Origin: the human T2T-CHM13v2.0 reference genome, Homo sapiens
Length of the DNA: 64,000 nucleotides
Assembly (NCBI RefSeq): GCF_009914755.1
Contig: NC_060932.1
Strand: one strand, 5' to 3'
The translations under genes and the position numbers were made by a program. Positions 1-14,920 of this stretch are shown here, piece by piece; positions within the stretch are counted from its first letter, which is position 1, and the number at the start of each line of letters is the position of its first letter. The notes under the pieces are model-generated. The model saw nothing but the letters and a program-made list of their open reading frames with translations, searched no databases and was not told the DNA's origin.

Positions 1-155
1 GAGGCAGGAGAATGGCGTGAACCTGGGAGGCGGAGCTTGCAGTGAGCCCAGATCGCGCCAATGCACTTCAGCCTGGGTGACAGAGCGAGACTCCTTCTCA
101 AAAAAATAAATAAATAAATAAATAAAAAATAAAAAATAAATAAATAAATAAAATA
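1..155 (+). mobile_element. Alu right arm (AluY-like), cut by window edge, with (AAAT)n tail
   Basis: GAGAATGGCGTGAACC..GGAGGCGGAGCTTGCAGTGAGC..GATCGCGCCA matches AluY diagnostic text; an A/AAAT tail follows. Confidence 0.93.
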
Positions 156-559
156 AGACAAGCAGGCAATTGACTCAATGTTATAGCATTATAATCACTA
201 TCCATCATCCATTTTCAGTCTTATTTCTCTCTTTAATTAACTAGTAGTTCAAGTCTACATCTACTCAGCCCTTTAGCCCAAAATAGATGATGGAGGAAAA
301 AAAAAAGACACTCACACAACCGTGCTGACCATTGATAATTTAAGTTTATGACTACAAATTAGAAGTGAGCCTCAACATCGTATCCCTACTCCTTAATTTA
401 AATGTCCTCTCTCAGACTAAATCACATTATCTCTTCTTTCTTAAAAACTTCAATACTCCCTTCCTGCTCACATAGTATTGTCTCTATTGCCAAACATGTC
501 AAACCATCTTCACTTGTCCCCATCTACTATGCCTTCCTCCTGTGTCACCCTGCTCGTAC

Positions 560-2125
560 TACTAAGGACAACAATTTCCCTTTGCTCTAGGTCCCATGCC
601 ATCTTGTTAAACAAAGTGAGTGAGTACTATGCTTTATCCTTCCAATAATAACATCACCAACGTTTTCTTTTCTACTAGATTTTTCACATTATTCCATAAG
701 CATAATCCCCTACATTTAAAAAGAAAAGTTCTTTTGGCACCTCATTTCCCTATATAATCCAACTTTATTCATTTTTATAGCAAAGTTCTACAAAATTTTG
801 CTCATAGTCTTTGATGTTCATTGCACATAAGCAACATTTTTTGGTGCTTTTTAGTCTATTTCAACCATTTTTAAACTAATTGTCAAGGTCACAAGAACCT
901 CCAGCTTTATAAATGTAATAGTCAATTATTAGACCTCTCGCTCTGAATCATTGACACAAATTATCTTCTACTTTTATTTAAAACGTTTCTTCACTTGGAT
1001 TTAGACACACTATACAGCTTTCCTTTTGCTTCACTTAAATTTTCCTCTCATTTTTCTTTTAGATTCCAATTCCTAAAGTTAGATATTAAAATGCCTCAGA
1101 TCACAGTCCTCTTCATTTTTCTTTGCTTTGCTGTCCACAACCCTATTTGTCTAAAGAGACTATAAAATGCTATGGCTTTAAATACTCTTTATGAAGAAAT
1201 GACTCTTAGATTTACATCTAAGCACTGACATCTCCATTGAGGTCAAAATCTGTTCATCAAGAGCCACCTTCATGTCTCCAGTAGGATGTCCAAAAGAACT
1301 TGCAGATTTCATACATTACAAAGAGAAAACCATTTTCAGTCTTTATCAGATTGTAATTAGTTCACCATTCATCCAAATGGTCAGGGAAAAAACAACAAAA
1401 AAGTTACGACTTTCCTGTCAGTCTTTACTTCCCATGAACTGCTCATCCAATCTCAACAACTTGTTGCCCACAATGTAGCAACCTCTCACGCTCTTACCCT
1501 CTACCCAACTCTAATGCCAGCAACCATAGTCTTTAGTCTGGACTACTATATTAACCTACTAACTAATCTCCTAACTGGTAATATTGACTCTTCTCTTGCC
1601 TCCCTCCAAATCATACATATTATATTATATTCAAGTTGTTGGCTCTAAGACCCTTGATAATCTGGCATTAATCTAGTCTTCTTCTATCACATATCCTTTC
1701 TCTCCATACCCCCACAAGTTCTACCCTGGCCCACCTGGTGTTTCTCATACTTCTCAAATACTCCAAGAGTTTTCTAGACTCAGAGTTTGCATGTAGTATT
1801 CCCTCTGCCCTGCAGTACATTGTTTCATATCTCACATGACTTACACCTTCACATTATTCAATCTCTGTTCAAATCTTACCTCCTCAGGGTGGTTTTCCGT
1901 GACCATCCTATCCCTATTTTTCTAAAGTCCCTCTGCTCTGTTTTATCTTTCCATTGGTGTATCACTTATTACATCAAGTACTTGCTATTGCTAGCCTACT
2001 GTCATATAAAATAAATTTCATAAAATTAGGGACTTTGTCTATTGTTTAATATTTTGTCACCAGTGGCTAGAACAGTTTCTGGAACATAGTAGTGGATATA
2101 GATAGATAATAAATTAATTAATACA
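560..2125 (+). mobile_element. L2 (L2a-like) 3' portion, degraded
   Basis: Pyrimidine-rich L2 body ending in an L2a-like terminus AGGGACTTTGTCT..CAGTGGCTAGAACAGTTTCTGGAACATAGTAG (~2028-2092). The 5' boundary is approximate. Confidence 0.7.
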
Positions 2126-3859
2126 TTTGACCATTATTTCAACATAATTTAAACCATGTTTTAGTGGTGGAATCAAGCACTGAATAAATGTTGCCCTTAA
2201 AAATTCCTGACATCCGTTAAAAAATTTAAGAGTAAAACCAGAAAGTATAATAGAAATATGATGCAGATTATCATCAACAAGTATTTATTCACAAGTAAAT
2301 ATGTAGACACATACTGAAATTTACCTCAACGTAAGAATCTTGAGTTGAGGAGACAAGCCACAAGTTAATGAAAAAGGAATGAAGTAACCAAGATCACTTT
2401 TCAAAATAAATAGATTGCACTGATTATTTTTTCTACTTCAACAAATGTTTAAAATGATATACAATAAACTAAAACGTGTCATTTTTAATTAGATGAGATA
2501 CATTCTTCTCATATTCAAAATAGATTTATCACGTTAAAGATTTTCTTTTACAAGATGTTCCAACGTCCATTTTATTAATATTTAAAGTTGAAGAAAATTT
2601 GTCTCTTCTGGGCTTACCTTACATTCTGAAATATGGAATTTTAAACTAATAAATATTATTTTACTCTTCCAAGTTAATCTATTATGTATAAAGAGGTGGT
2701 AGGTTGTAGTAAAGAACCTCTTCAACCTGAACGGTTTCATTTACTTTGTTTGCTTATGAGATGTGTCAATATTTACACAGTGAAGGATGCCTAAATGTGT
2801 GTTTCTATTTAAATCAAATTCATCTTCTCCAGAGTTTATGGTATATTCAAGGAATGAAATTGAATTCTCTTAGAAAACTAAAATCAGTTACCATTTATTT
2901 CAGGCAAGGAGGTAATCAGCATGCTTGACTGGAGAAACTATTCAAGACTTGAGATTTCCTAAACTGTTTTTGCACAAACATTCTAAAACATAAAATATTA
3001 GGATATCTACTAAACTAATTTTAGAGGAAAGTATATTACACACAATTTTTGACTCCAGCTCTTACATGCCCTACATAAACCTATTAAGAAAAGAACCCTA
3101 GAGCATTATAAAAAATAGGAAGTAGATAAAACTCCAAAAAGTGAGTTCATCAGCTCATAAATTTAATCTGTTTAATTTTCCAGATTCTTACCTTTGAAAA
3201 TAGAGAATGACTGCATTACTCTAGAGAAAGGTAGTCAAAATCAGATTGCTGCATGCCCTGTAGTTGGCTAATCTCTCTGCAAGCAGATATTTTTTCCTTT
3301 CCACTAGCACATATTATGTTAGGAATTCCTCTAGAGGAATACTTCCTTCCAGAAAATAAAAGAAGTGAAACAAAATTAGACTTATACTACTTTTCCCTGT
3401 AATTCTTATTAGGATGTATATTGGAATGACTATTGATGTTACGTGATCATTTCCCCAAAATTCTAATGCAACTTATAAACTACTGAGCCAAATTCTTTTA
3501 GGACCTTATATGTGGATTAATGGCTCTGTACAAACTCAGGCTAAAATATGGATAAACATATTTGTCAAAACTCAAGAGTTGCAGTTGGGTTGCATATAAA
3601 AAATAAATTATATGCAAAATCAGTTTCACGATATTAGTTGGAATATCTTGTTTAATTTTTAATAAAGATTCCTAAGTAATCAGGCTTTCTCTTTGCTTCC
3701 TTCCCAGTACTCTACTACCTTTGCCATCTCTTATTACACCTGTACATTATCTCCCAAATATGCACTCAATAGCTTCTTGTCTCTCTCTAATTTCACAAAA
3801 TACCACACTATATGTCTGTCCTTACTCCTTCAGCTTCCAGATTAACATATACATATACC

Positions 3860-3990
3860 TACCATTTGTTGAACATCTGCTATTTCTAGAAACTGTGCTA
3901 AGCCATCACAAGTTCATTTAGTCATTACAGTAATCATGAATATTCCATCTCCATTTCACAAATGAAGAAATGAAACCTCAATGAGATTTG
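3860..3990 (-). mobile_element. MIR fragment
   Basis: CATTTGTTGAACATCTGCTAT..ACTGTGCTAAG..CTCCATTTCACAAATGAAGAAATGAAAC resembles the reverse MIR core. Confidence 0.65.
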
Positions 3991-4202
3991 TAAGAACAAA
4001 ATCTAGTTTTTTTCTATTAAAATAAAAATGTTTTCCTAGTTGTTAACATACTATTTCATTTAATGCATTACATCAAACTATTTTGGGATGTACAGACTGT
4101 ATAAGATATAAATTAATTAGTTAATTGAAACTATTTATAATGCTGCCACCAAATGACAATTGGTTTGAAATTTTAAAATAATTCAATCAAACTTTCACAC
4201 AA

Positions 4203-4572
4203 TGATATGGTTTGGCTGTGTCCCCAGCCTAATCTCACCTTGAATTGTAGCTCCCACAATCCCCACGTGTCATTGGAGGGACACAGTGGGAGGCAATTGA
4301 ATCATGGGGGTGGGTCTTTCCCATGCTGTTTTCGTGAGAGTGAATAAGTCTCGTAACATCTGATGGTATTACGTAGAGCAGTTCCCCTACACAAACTCTC
4401 CTTCTTTGTCTGCTGCCATCCATGTAAGATGTGACTTGCTCCTCCTTGTCTTCCACCATGACTGTGAGGCCTCCTCAGCCATATGGAACTGTGAGTCCAT
4501 TAAACCTCTTTCTTTTATAAATTACCAGTCTTGGATATGTCTTTATTAGCAGTGTGAGAACAGACTAATACA
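4203..4572 (+). mobile_element. THE1 (MaLR) solo LTR
   Basis: Starts TGATATGGTTTGGCTGTGTCCCC, ends GAACAGACTAATACA; 370 bp; internal ATTAAA poly(A) signal near 4499. Confidence 0.93.
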
Positions 4573-5399
4573 CACACACACACACCCACAAAACTATGCA
4601 CATGTGATGCAATCCCACTCTGAGGGCTTTAGTATTATCTCTACTAATTTATACATTTAAGTACATTTCAATAAAGTTGCTTACTGACTTCATTCCAAAT
4701 TTCTAACTACCTGCCAAATATTTGTTTAGAATTATCAAACCAACACACAAGTTGAATACGTTTAAAACTGATTTCATAATTAAACAACCATCCCAATTTT
4801 TTCCCTGTATGGACTTCCTCACAGAATACTCCTAAATACCAAGGCTCAACATTGTGGTATCAACTCTGACTTCTCTTGTTCTTCATCCTAATCTGTTGAT
4901 TTTCATGTTTTTATTTGCATTTGTCCTTTTATATCCTAGTGTGTCTTCTTATTTGAAGAGTTGCAACAAATTGAGGTGATTACCTTGCTTTTCGTTCACC
5001 CAGGGATATCCACAGCATGATACAACTTTGATCAAAAGCCTTCAATTTCATATTCATGTCAAATAAAAACCAAACTCTTTGGCTGCAATGAGTGTTAGAT
5101 ATTGTAATGATATTCTATATCATTACACTAATTAATTAATTTAAAACAACAGCAACAAAATATCAACTTTCCTTTTCCAGATGCTTTACAAAATATTCAT
5201 GATATTGTGTAAATGAAAAAATCATGGTTTTCTATTTTAATGACTATTCACTCAGTGAGGCAGACAGACTAGTAAAAGTGTATGTATGTGACAGTGTAAA
5301 CTGTGAAACGATGGAAAAATAAAATTGTGGAGAAAATAAAATAGAAAAATCAGAGACTTGGGATGAAGGAATATTTACAGTAGAAAATTCTATTTAGAT

Positions 5400-5444
5400 T
5401 GTGTACCAGTTACAGTTGTGTAAATGCATATCACTCTATCTATC

Positions 5445-5487
<43 letters not shown>

Positions 5488-6076
5488 ATCTATCTATCAT
5501 CTATCTATCAAAGTGAGCAAGACGAGGGCAGAATCTTACCTTACACAATTTTGAGAGAGCAGTTAAGCAGTCTCTCTAAAGCTCTGTCTGCATGTCTAAT
5601 TCTCATTATGATACTGGAACTTGAAGTCCACAGTGTAGGTGATTGTGAAGGTATGAAGGATGTAAAGTGTGGATAGCAAAAGAAGTATTCATGAACTCAG
5701 AAGCATGAACTCATGAGAATATAATGAGGCCTCTACCTGTTCTTGTTGCCTCTGGCTTCATGACATGAGTGTTCTGCAGAAAAGTGTTTCCTCATAGGGA
5801 GCAAAGCACACACAACTGCTTCTAAAAGTTGGAGAAGCTTAAAGAGAATTTAGGGAAAGATAGAAATTTTAGTACTAACTGCTGCCCAATTAACAGGCAA
5901 AAAATTAAATTTAATTAAAAAAACCCAAATATTTGTGGGCCACAAATGGCTGCTGCTGCTTCTTTTTTTTTTTTTTTAAATCACACTGGAACCTCTCCTG
6001 TATCCAACAATATATTGAAAAGAGATTCTGGGAAATGTAATTTAGTCTAGTCAAGTTGACACATACTGTGGTCACA
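5400..6076 (-). mobile_element. Old ERVL-type LTR containing a (TCTA)n microsatellite
   Basis: Right end reads on the minus strand TGTGACCACAGTATGTGTCAACTTGACTAGACTAAATTACATTTCCCAGAATC, typical of ERVL LTR starts. Subfamily uncertain. Confidence 0.55.
5436..5510. repeat. (TCTA)n tetranucleotide microsatellite
   Basis: Visible TCTA/TCA runs. Confidence 0.95.
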
Positions 6077-6469
6077 GTTTAGTCTAAAGATTGATTAAAA
6101 GTTAATCTGGAATTATTAACCACTGAATTTTTTCAATTGAAAGCCAGAACCGCCAAAAACTATTACCTTACTTTTTATAACAAAGGGTGTAAATAACCTG
6201 TTTTGAAGCCAACCCAAGATTTATAATCAAAATTAAATACTGAGAATAAATAAAATTAACTAATCTTCTATCAGAAAAAAATAGAGCTGACTAGGAGAAA
6301 AAGAATTGTTCAGGCTAAAAAAAAAACATGTAGAAAAGCAAGGGATTTTTACTAATAAATTCACTAAGATCTGGTTAGATCAGAAAGTGAATGAATTGCA
6401 TAAGTAGTGAGAATGGAAACAATGGAAATAAAAGACTTTCAATTTTTAAATAATATTTAGTGTTTTTTT

Positions 6470-7790
6470 TTCAGTTTTTTGAAGGTATGATTTACATCCA
6501 TTAAAATTTATCCCTTTTAATGAACAGTTCTGTAAGTGTTGACAAAGACATCTACTCTGGTAGCCACTTCAATCATAACATTGAAGAGCTCCATCACAAT
6601 TAAAATTCTGCCATGCCTCTTTCAAGTCACCTCTTTCCCCAGTCTCAGGAAACCACTGATGTTTTCTGTATCCATAGTTTTACCTTTCCTGAAATGTCAT
6701 ATAGATGGAATTGTACAGCATGTAGTCTTTTGCATTTGACTTCTTGAACTTAGCATAATGCATTTGAAATTCATTCATGTTGTTGAGAGTAGCAACAGTT
6801 TATTCTTTTTCATTTATGAGTAGGATTCCATTGTTCATTCAAAAGTGAGTTTGACTATTGAGCAGATTAAAGACATTGTTTGTTTTCATTCCATGCTGGT
6901 TATTAAAAAAAACAGCTATTAATATTTGCATGCAGATTTTTGAGTGAATCTTTTTTTTATTGCACTTGGGTAAATAAATAGGATAATGTGCATCATGTGA
7001 TAACAAAGTGTCTAACTTTATAGGAAACTTCCAAAATTGTTTTCGAAGTCTATACCTTGGGTCCACCAAAGCTATATGTCAAAGAACCAACCATCAATGA
7101 GTGAGTTCAAGTTGATTTGCATCCTCACCAATATTTGACACTGTAAGATTTTCATTTTAGGTAATCTAACTGACATGAAGCTATAGTTTACATTAAAATT
7201 GCCCTAATGATTAATGATGTGGGACAGCTAAATTTCTATCTGTATATTTATCTGGTGAAATATCCCTTTAATATTTAAATCTTTTCCCATTTCTATTTAG
7301 TCATTTCCTTAATACTTAATTTTGAGACTTATGTATATATTATAGATGCAAATTTTTTATCAGCTATGTGATTTGCATATATCACACGCCCTCACGCACA
7401 TGTGATTTACTATTTAATCCTTTAAGCTCTTTTCTATCCAGTAGCAGAGATTCTTAATTTTGATATTCAATTTACCAAATTCTTTTCTTTATAGATTATC
7501 CTTTTGTTGCTGTATCTAAGAAATCTTCGTCTAACTCAGTGTCACAAAACTGTTATATGTTTTGTTCAGGAACTGTTATAATTTTAGGTTTTTTTTTTTA
7601 CTAAAATCCAAATCTGTGTTTAGTCAATTATTATAAGCAGTAAAGTTATGTGTTGAAGTGTATTTTTTAAATATATGGATACACAATTTCTGTAGCAACA
7701 ACAGATGATAAGACCATTCTTTCTACATCCCATTTCCTCAGCACCTTTATTGAGAATCTCAAAATTCAATAATACATGTAGCAATTTATA
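6470..7790 (-). mobile_element. Old L1 (L1MC/L1ME-like) 3' region
   Basis: Reverse L1 3'UTR/ORF2 text such as CTTAGCATAATGCATTTGAAATTCATTCATGTTG, TTCCAAAATTGTTTTC and TATCTAAGAAATCTT. Confidence 0.75.
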
Positions 7791-8660
7791 TGGGATACAG
7801 GTAGGAATACTTAACAATTTTCTTATTTTACAAATTAGAAAATAGGTTTGAATCTAGTTTACCATCTTGCCCAAATTTTGTTTCCACTTAACACAGAATT
7901 GGGACCCATGTTTACGTCTGTTGATTCAAAGCCAATGTTAATTTTTTATAGAACAACAGCTTCCTTATATAGACGCATTACATTTTCCATCACAAAATTT
8001 TGAAAGATTTAGGTCAGGTTAATAACGATAAAATTACCATAAAAGATTAGCTTTATTTTTATATACATTGCTTACCATTAAGTAAATCTAAGATTGTTTA
8101 TGCTTTACATCATATACTAGGCTGCTTTCATACTTATATAATAAAAAGAAAAAAATGTGATCACATTTTCTACAAACACCAACTCTTACAAATAACAAAA
8201 TGTCAAGGTAACTTAAAGTAAAACAACTTCTTTTTCTTAGAACCAAAGAGAAAGTAATTTGTAAGGAAATACCCTTTCTGACTGTCAGGAGAAGAAGAAA
8301 TTACAGTCATGAAAAACATATTAATAATTTAGCCTTATGACTTCAAAGTATATCAAGTATAGTGCCTATGTTTATAAAGTTTCAGCTGGAACCTTGGTGA
8401 TTACCATGTATAAAATTAGCATGTGTTTGGGTCATAAAATGAAGTTAATGTATCTTTTGTGTTTAGTCATTCCTAGAAATAGAATGTTCCTCTATACACC
8501 CTTCTCTAAATTAGATACATATTTTGTTCAAAATAGTTTTCTCTCTTTATCTCCAACAATGTTATTTGGGCTATATTATCCTAACCCAATTTGAATCACT
8601 ATATAATTTATTAAAAACATAAATAATAGTCTATTACATTAAAAATAAATAAAAAGCACA

Positions 8661-9009
<349 letters not shown>

Positions 9010-9693
9010 TTAAATTTGAAGAAATGTGTAAGAAACTTTTCTGAGGAAATTAGTTATATAGATTGTTGTCATCACCTAATAATCAGAACTTCAGTTACAA
9101 TCTATATATCTAGACAGATAAAAGTCTAACATAATAAACTTAGAAAAAATATGTATTTTTTTATTTTTAAAGAGTATTATCATTTTATCTTTCACACACA
9201 CACACACAAACTTAAAGATAAAAAGTAATCATTGGAAGTGGTTTCATTGGGAACAGTAATTCGGAAGAAACTAATGAGTAGTTACACCAGAGAACATACA
9301 TATTTAAATAGTCAAACAGCAGAAGGGGACTTTTCAGAATGGGAAGCAATATTTTTGAGGGTGGGGATATGCTGTGCGGGTGTTGACCTGTTTTACCTCA
9401 AATCTAATTAAACAGAAAGAGTCTGTATCAGGATTAGGATGCATGGAGGTGCACCTGTGCTAGAAATATCATTGATTTTACATTGGACTGTGAAAGAGAA
9501 AGTGTATAGTACCATCATGCATTTTGAAAGAACAGATTGGAATGCCATCTTCCCAATTTATCAGCTACACAAAGACATCTCATGTACATTTTGTGCAGTT
9601 TCCCACAATGGTAACAAGTGGAAGACTATAATATAATATCACAACCAACATACAACTTTGACACAACCCACAATATTGTTAAAATTAACTCAG

Positions 9694-9994
9694 GTTTTTT
9701 TTTTCAGAAGGAGTTTCACTCTTGTTGCCCAGGCTGGAGTGCAATGGCATGATCTGGCTCACCGCAACCTCTGCCTCCTAGGTTCAAGCTATTCTTCTGC
9801 CTCAGTCTCCAAAGTAGCTGGGATTACAGGCATGTGCCACCATGCCCAGCTATTTTTTTTTTTTTTGTATTTTTAGTAGAGATGGGGTTTCTCCATGTTC
9901 ATCAGGCTGGTCTCGAACTCCCGACCTCAGGTGATCCACCCACCTCGGTCTCCCAAAGTGCTGGGATTACAGGCGTGAGCCACCATGCCCGGCC
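9694..9994 (-). mobile_element. Alu (AluSp-like), full length
   Basis: GAGTTTCACTCTTGTTGCCCAGG..GGGGTTTCTCCATG..CCCGACCTCAGG; flanked by AATTAACTCAG / AATTAATTCAG as a target-site duplication (TSD). Confidence 0.95.
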
Positions 9995-10679
9995 TAATTA
10001 ATTCAGTTTTTTTTAATGATATATGTATCATAATCTGGAAGTGGAAAAGAGAAAAGGTGAGACACAGAAGGGGAAATGCTTTATCTCCCCTTGCTTTTTA
10101 TATTGGTAAGCCGAAAGATAATGGTTGTAGTTCATAATCTTCTAGCCATAACTAAGGACAATAAAAAATGCACGTACTTCTAAAGAAATTCTGAAACTGT
10201 TATTATTATAGGATTGACCTCTGGGTTAATGTAAAGATATTTTTTCAGAGACAGGTTGTAAAAGGGAGTAAATAAAGACTGAAGGAGAGAAGAAGAAACC
10301 CTGTGGAATGGACTGGAATTAAACATATTCATTGGTGTAAATTCATGATTTCTAACACAAGTGTATATGCATCCTCATGTATATGTATATGAATATGTGG
10401 CTCATCTGACAGAAACAAAAGCACTCAGACAAAAAGCAAGAAAGAAACACACACATCTACACACACAGGTAAATGGAAGTTTATTATAGCACTGCTTCTA
10501 GGGAAAAAAAATAGAAATAATGTGAATGGTCATCAGAAAAGAAATTGTTAACTAAATTTTGCAGTAAGCATACAATAGATTATAAGACAGTGTCCATTTA
10601 CCCAAAATATATTTCATTACGTATTTAGTGAAAAGCAAGCTCAGGTTTTGAGGGCATTAATATCTGTATTATTTTAAAT

Positions 10680-10800
10680 GAAGAAAGGCAGGAAGGAGAA
10701 CAAAAAGGAAAGAAGGAAAGAAGGAGAAAAAAGAAGGAATAAATGGAGGAAAGAAGATAAAGAGAAAGGAAAGAAGGAAGAAACAAAGGAAAGAAGGAAC
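10680..10800. repeat. GA-rich (GGAA/AGAA) low-complexity tract
   Basis: Near-pure purine run. Confidence 0.85.
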
Positions 10801-11848
10801 TAAAAATTAAATATATTACATAATGTGCTTCAAACCAATACAAGATAATTTTTCACCATATCAAAACTCTAAAACATCCCATTAAAAATAAAATAAAGAG
10901 TTAAAAAACAAAATGGAAGGACTGAAAAAGCAGGTCCTTTAAAATACATAAAAGGAATTCATATGTGTGAAAACCATGGTGGAATTATTATTTTTATTGT
11001 GCTGAATAATACTATATTAATATCAGTTCCATAGTTAATTTAGATTTTGGTATTTGCATCTCATTATTTGAAATTCATTTTAGTTGAGTTTCAAACTTTA
11101 TCCCTAACACGGCCTATTTTACTATTGTGAACTAATAACACTTTTAGCCTATAAAAGTACATACCGTTTTCATATTCACCTCATTTTTTTCAATGGTAAA
11201 TTTAGTAAGTCCGTATAAATTATTCATGAAATCGTAAACAAAATTCATGGATTTTTAAAAAATGAAAACAGAATATTCAGTCAATTGATAAACACAATTT
11301 AAAATAAATTCAATTAATACAGATAAGTGCAGTTCTCAAAACAAAGTAATAGTTGAATGATTTAGGTTTCTCAATGATATTTTAAAATATTTCATTATAT
11401 GTTTCAATGAGTGGAACAGTCAGTCTCATTTTGTTAAACTCTACACACATTATCAAAAGTTAAATTATCCTTTGCATTGTCATGAAATTAAATTCCATCC
11501 AGGTTTTAATATTTATGGGAACAGTATTACTATTCTACACCACTCTTTGGCATGTTCATTTATTTATTGAAGGCTCTGAAAAATTGACATGTGATGGCAA
11601 TATTTTTTTAGACGTTTTTCCAATTTTATTATCACAAAAATCATTTTTGCTTTTGTTCTAAACACCTTGTTTCTGAAAAGCTTTTCACTTTTTGAATGTA
11701 AGAAAAATCCCTGGTTAATTGGAGTTCTAGTTTATTGATAAAAAGTTATTAAAATATAATTAGAGAAATAATTGATGATTTATATTGTGATAAGTTTCAT
11801 GAATGAAATAATTCAGTAAAAACAAAATAGAGTCAATCGCCTATCTCA

Positions 11849-12232
<384 letters not shown>

Positions 12233-12239
12233 TTAGTAG

Positions 12240-12830
12240 TATTAATAGGCAGGCTGGAAGTTAGCAGAAGGAGTAAAGATTCCAAGCAAAGGCAATATAT
12301 TTTGGAATGTTTTAATGAGAGAACAAACATGACATTCTTAAGGAAATTAAAGGATGACATTCTGGAAAAATAATTATAGCAAGAAGTAGCATATCCTGGA
12401 GTGAGGATGGCAGGTATTGGGGAGCAGATAATGCAATGTCTTGAAAGCCTGGGTAAATAGTTTAGGCTTGAAAAGCTTTTAATAAATAGGAACAGTTAAA
12501 AACTAAAGGGCACCATAAGATTTGCCTTTCAAATAATTTCTCTAATTACTGTAAGAAATAATGACTGTAAAAAAGAAGAGCTCTATGGGTATATGAAGTG
12601 AAAGACATTATAATATTGTTGTTGGGGAGTAATCTACCAACTTTGAAATAGGAGAGAGATACTGGAATCAGAAAGAACTGAGATGAATGTGAAAAATACG
12701 TTGAAGGTTAGACTTGCTAATAGATAGTGGGTATGAGTGAGAGAAGAATATGAAGAACCATTCTGCAGCATGTTTAATTTATTGAATGAAATGGCAAATA
12801 GTAAGATGAATAATGCCATTTTAAACCCAT
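12240..12830 (-). mobile_element. L2 fragment
   Basis: Purine-rich reverse-L2-like text (GATTCCAAGCAAAGGCAA, GAGCAGATAATGCAATGTCTTGAAAGCC, GATTTGCCTTTCAAATAATTTCTCT). Confidence 0.55.
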
Positions 12831-12943
12831 GAAAGTAGTATGTTAATAATTCTTAAATATCCAAAATATGGTACCCATTATGCTTATTTAACCTTTTGCT
12901 GGCTGCCTAAAATGAGCCACTGCTTAAGAATTATAAAATATTT

Positions 12944-13200
12944 CCAATTTCATCCATGTCCCTACAAAGGACATGAACTCATCATTTTTTATGGCTGCAT
13001 AGTAGTCCATGGTGTATATGTGCCACATTTTCTTAATCCAGTCTATCATTGTTGGACATTTGGGTTGGTTCCAAGTCTTTGCTATTGTGAATAGTGCCGC
13101 AATAAACATACGTGTGCATGTGTCTTTATAGCAGCATGATTTATAGTCCTTTGCACATTGTGCACATGTACCCTAAAACTTAAAGTATAATAATAAAAAA
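12944..13200 (+). mobile_element. Young L1 (L1PA2/PA3-like), 5'-truncated with 5' inversion
   Basis: Antisense ORF2-end segment 12944-13153 (minus ORF FIAALFTIAKTWNQPKCP) joined to a sense 3' end TGCACATTGTGCACATGTACCCTAAAACTTAAAGTATAATAAT(A)n. 18-bp TSD at 12926-12943 and 13200-13217 with one mismatch. Confidence 0.93.
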
Positions 13201-13689
13201 AGAATTATAAAGTATTTATGCGTAGAGTTGTAGGGTTATCCCAGCTTGAAGGTAAGTAAAATAAATTAACTGTAAAAATATTTTATTGGAAGAATGAAAA
13301 AAATATACGACAGGTAGTTAGAATAGACAGGTATTTGAGGAATGCTTAATGAAATTATGAGTTAAAGATCTTAAGATCTGGTCATCATGACGTTGTCAGA
13401 AAAAGAATCACATTCCTAAAAGTATACTTGTAATAAGTTTAAAAATTCATGACAATAACAATTACCATCTTACCTCTTTGATTTTATGGGCAAATGGAGA
13501 AAGACCCCCACTTTCTACTTAACAACTTCAGGGGAGAGGGACAACTGATGACTTGGCTCTACTCTGGTTGAGATGAATGGTATCATGAGTATTATAAATT
13601 GTCTACCTGTTGTATAGACTATGACTGTTGAACTTACATCAACTTGTTTGAATAATGGTCTGAGATTCCAACATTATTTGATGGACTTT

Positions 13690-14275
13690 GACTACCACGT
13701 AGAATGCAGAAATCTGAAAAGGACTGCACTTTTATCCTAACAACAAGAAAAATCAAATAATCCATACAAGTCAAATGTTCTCTGAACCCATCAGAAAGCT
13801 GAGGTCACAGATCCAAAAACTAAAATGGAACCCCAAAAAAAAACAAAAAAAAAACACAAAACTGTGTCTCAGGAGTAATGGGAGTTGAGTAAGAACTCAC
13901 TGAAACAGCACATGAGATAAAAGAGTTAAAAGTTTGAGCTAAACTTTTTAACAACTGGATAATGGCCAAGTGTAATCTGGCATCAGGATATAAAACCCAT
14001 GTAATCCACAGACATGAAGAGAGTTTGCTCTTACATCCATTCTGTTTTCCAGAGATCTGCTTTGGGAATTCATGAGAAAAATTGGAGGCAGGTCAGAAGA
14101 CCAGAGAAAACTTTCCTCTTGGTACTTAGGAGGAAGAGGATAGTGGCTTCTTTTGCCATAAAGACAAGTATATCTGCCTCAGTAATTCTTTCTGGCAGAA
14201 AATAAGCCTAAACTGCTGGGGAAGTGCAGCAAACCCTGTTATTCCCCCGAGTATAGTTAAATACCCACCATGAGT
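13690..14275 (+). mobile_element. Probable old L1M 5' region fragment
   Basis: Resembles recalled L1M 5'UTR text (CCTAACAACAAGAAAAA..GAACCCATCAGAAAGCTGAGGTCACAG); weak match. Confidence 0.4.
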
Positions 14276-14281
14276 AGGCCA

Positions 14282-14441
14282 TTATTTTTATCTTTATTTT
14301 ATTTTATTATTTTATTTTATTTTGTTTTTGAGATGAGTCTCGCTCTGTCAATGGTGCCATCTTGGCTCACTGCAACCTCTGCCTCCAGAATTCAAGCAAT
14401 TCTCTTGCCTCAGCCTCCCCAGTAGCTGGGATTACAGGTGC
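14282..14441 (-). mobile_element. Alu right arm only, with small internal deletion
   Basis: (TTTTA)n then GAGATGAGTCTCGCTCTGTC^AATGG..GCTGGGATTACAGGTG; the usual GCCCAGGCTGGAGTGC is missing. Confidence 0.88.
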
Positions 14442-14574
14442 AAAGTAATCTTTCCTTCTTTCTTGTTGCATGATTTCACTAATATAACTTTTGTGGAAGT
14501 GTAAATGGTAGAGATTAAAATCATATCAGGTGCCAGGGAATGTTGGAAGATTACACTATAAAAGCACATGACAT

Positions 14575-14920
<346 letters not shown>

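Noticed and set aside
13249-13257. Consensus splice donor AAG|GTAAGT
   Set aside because: An isolated 9-mer can occur by chance in 64 kb; no supported exon upstream.
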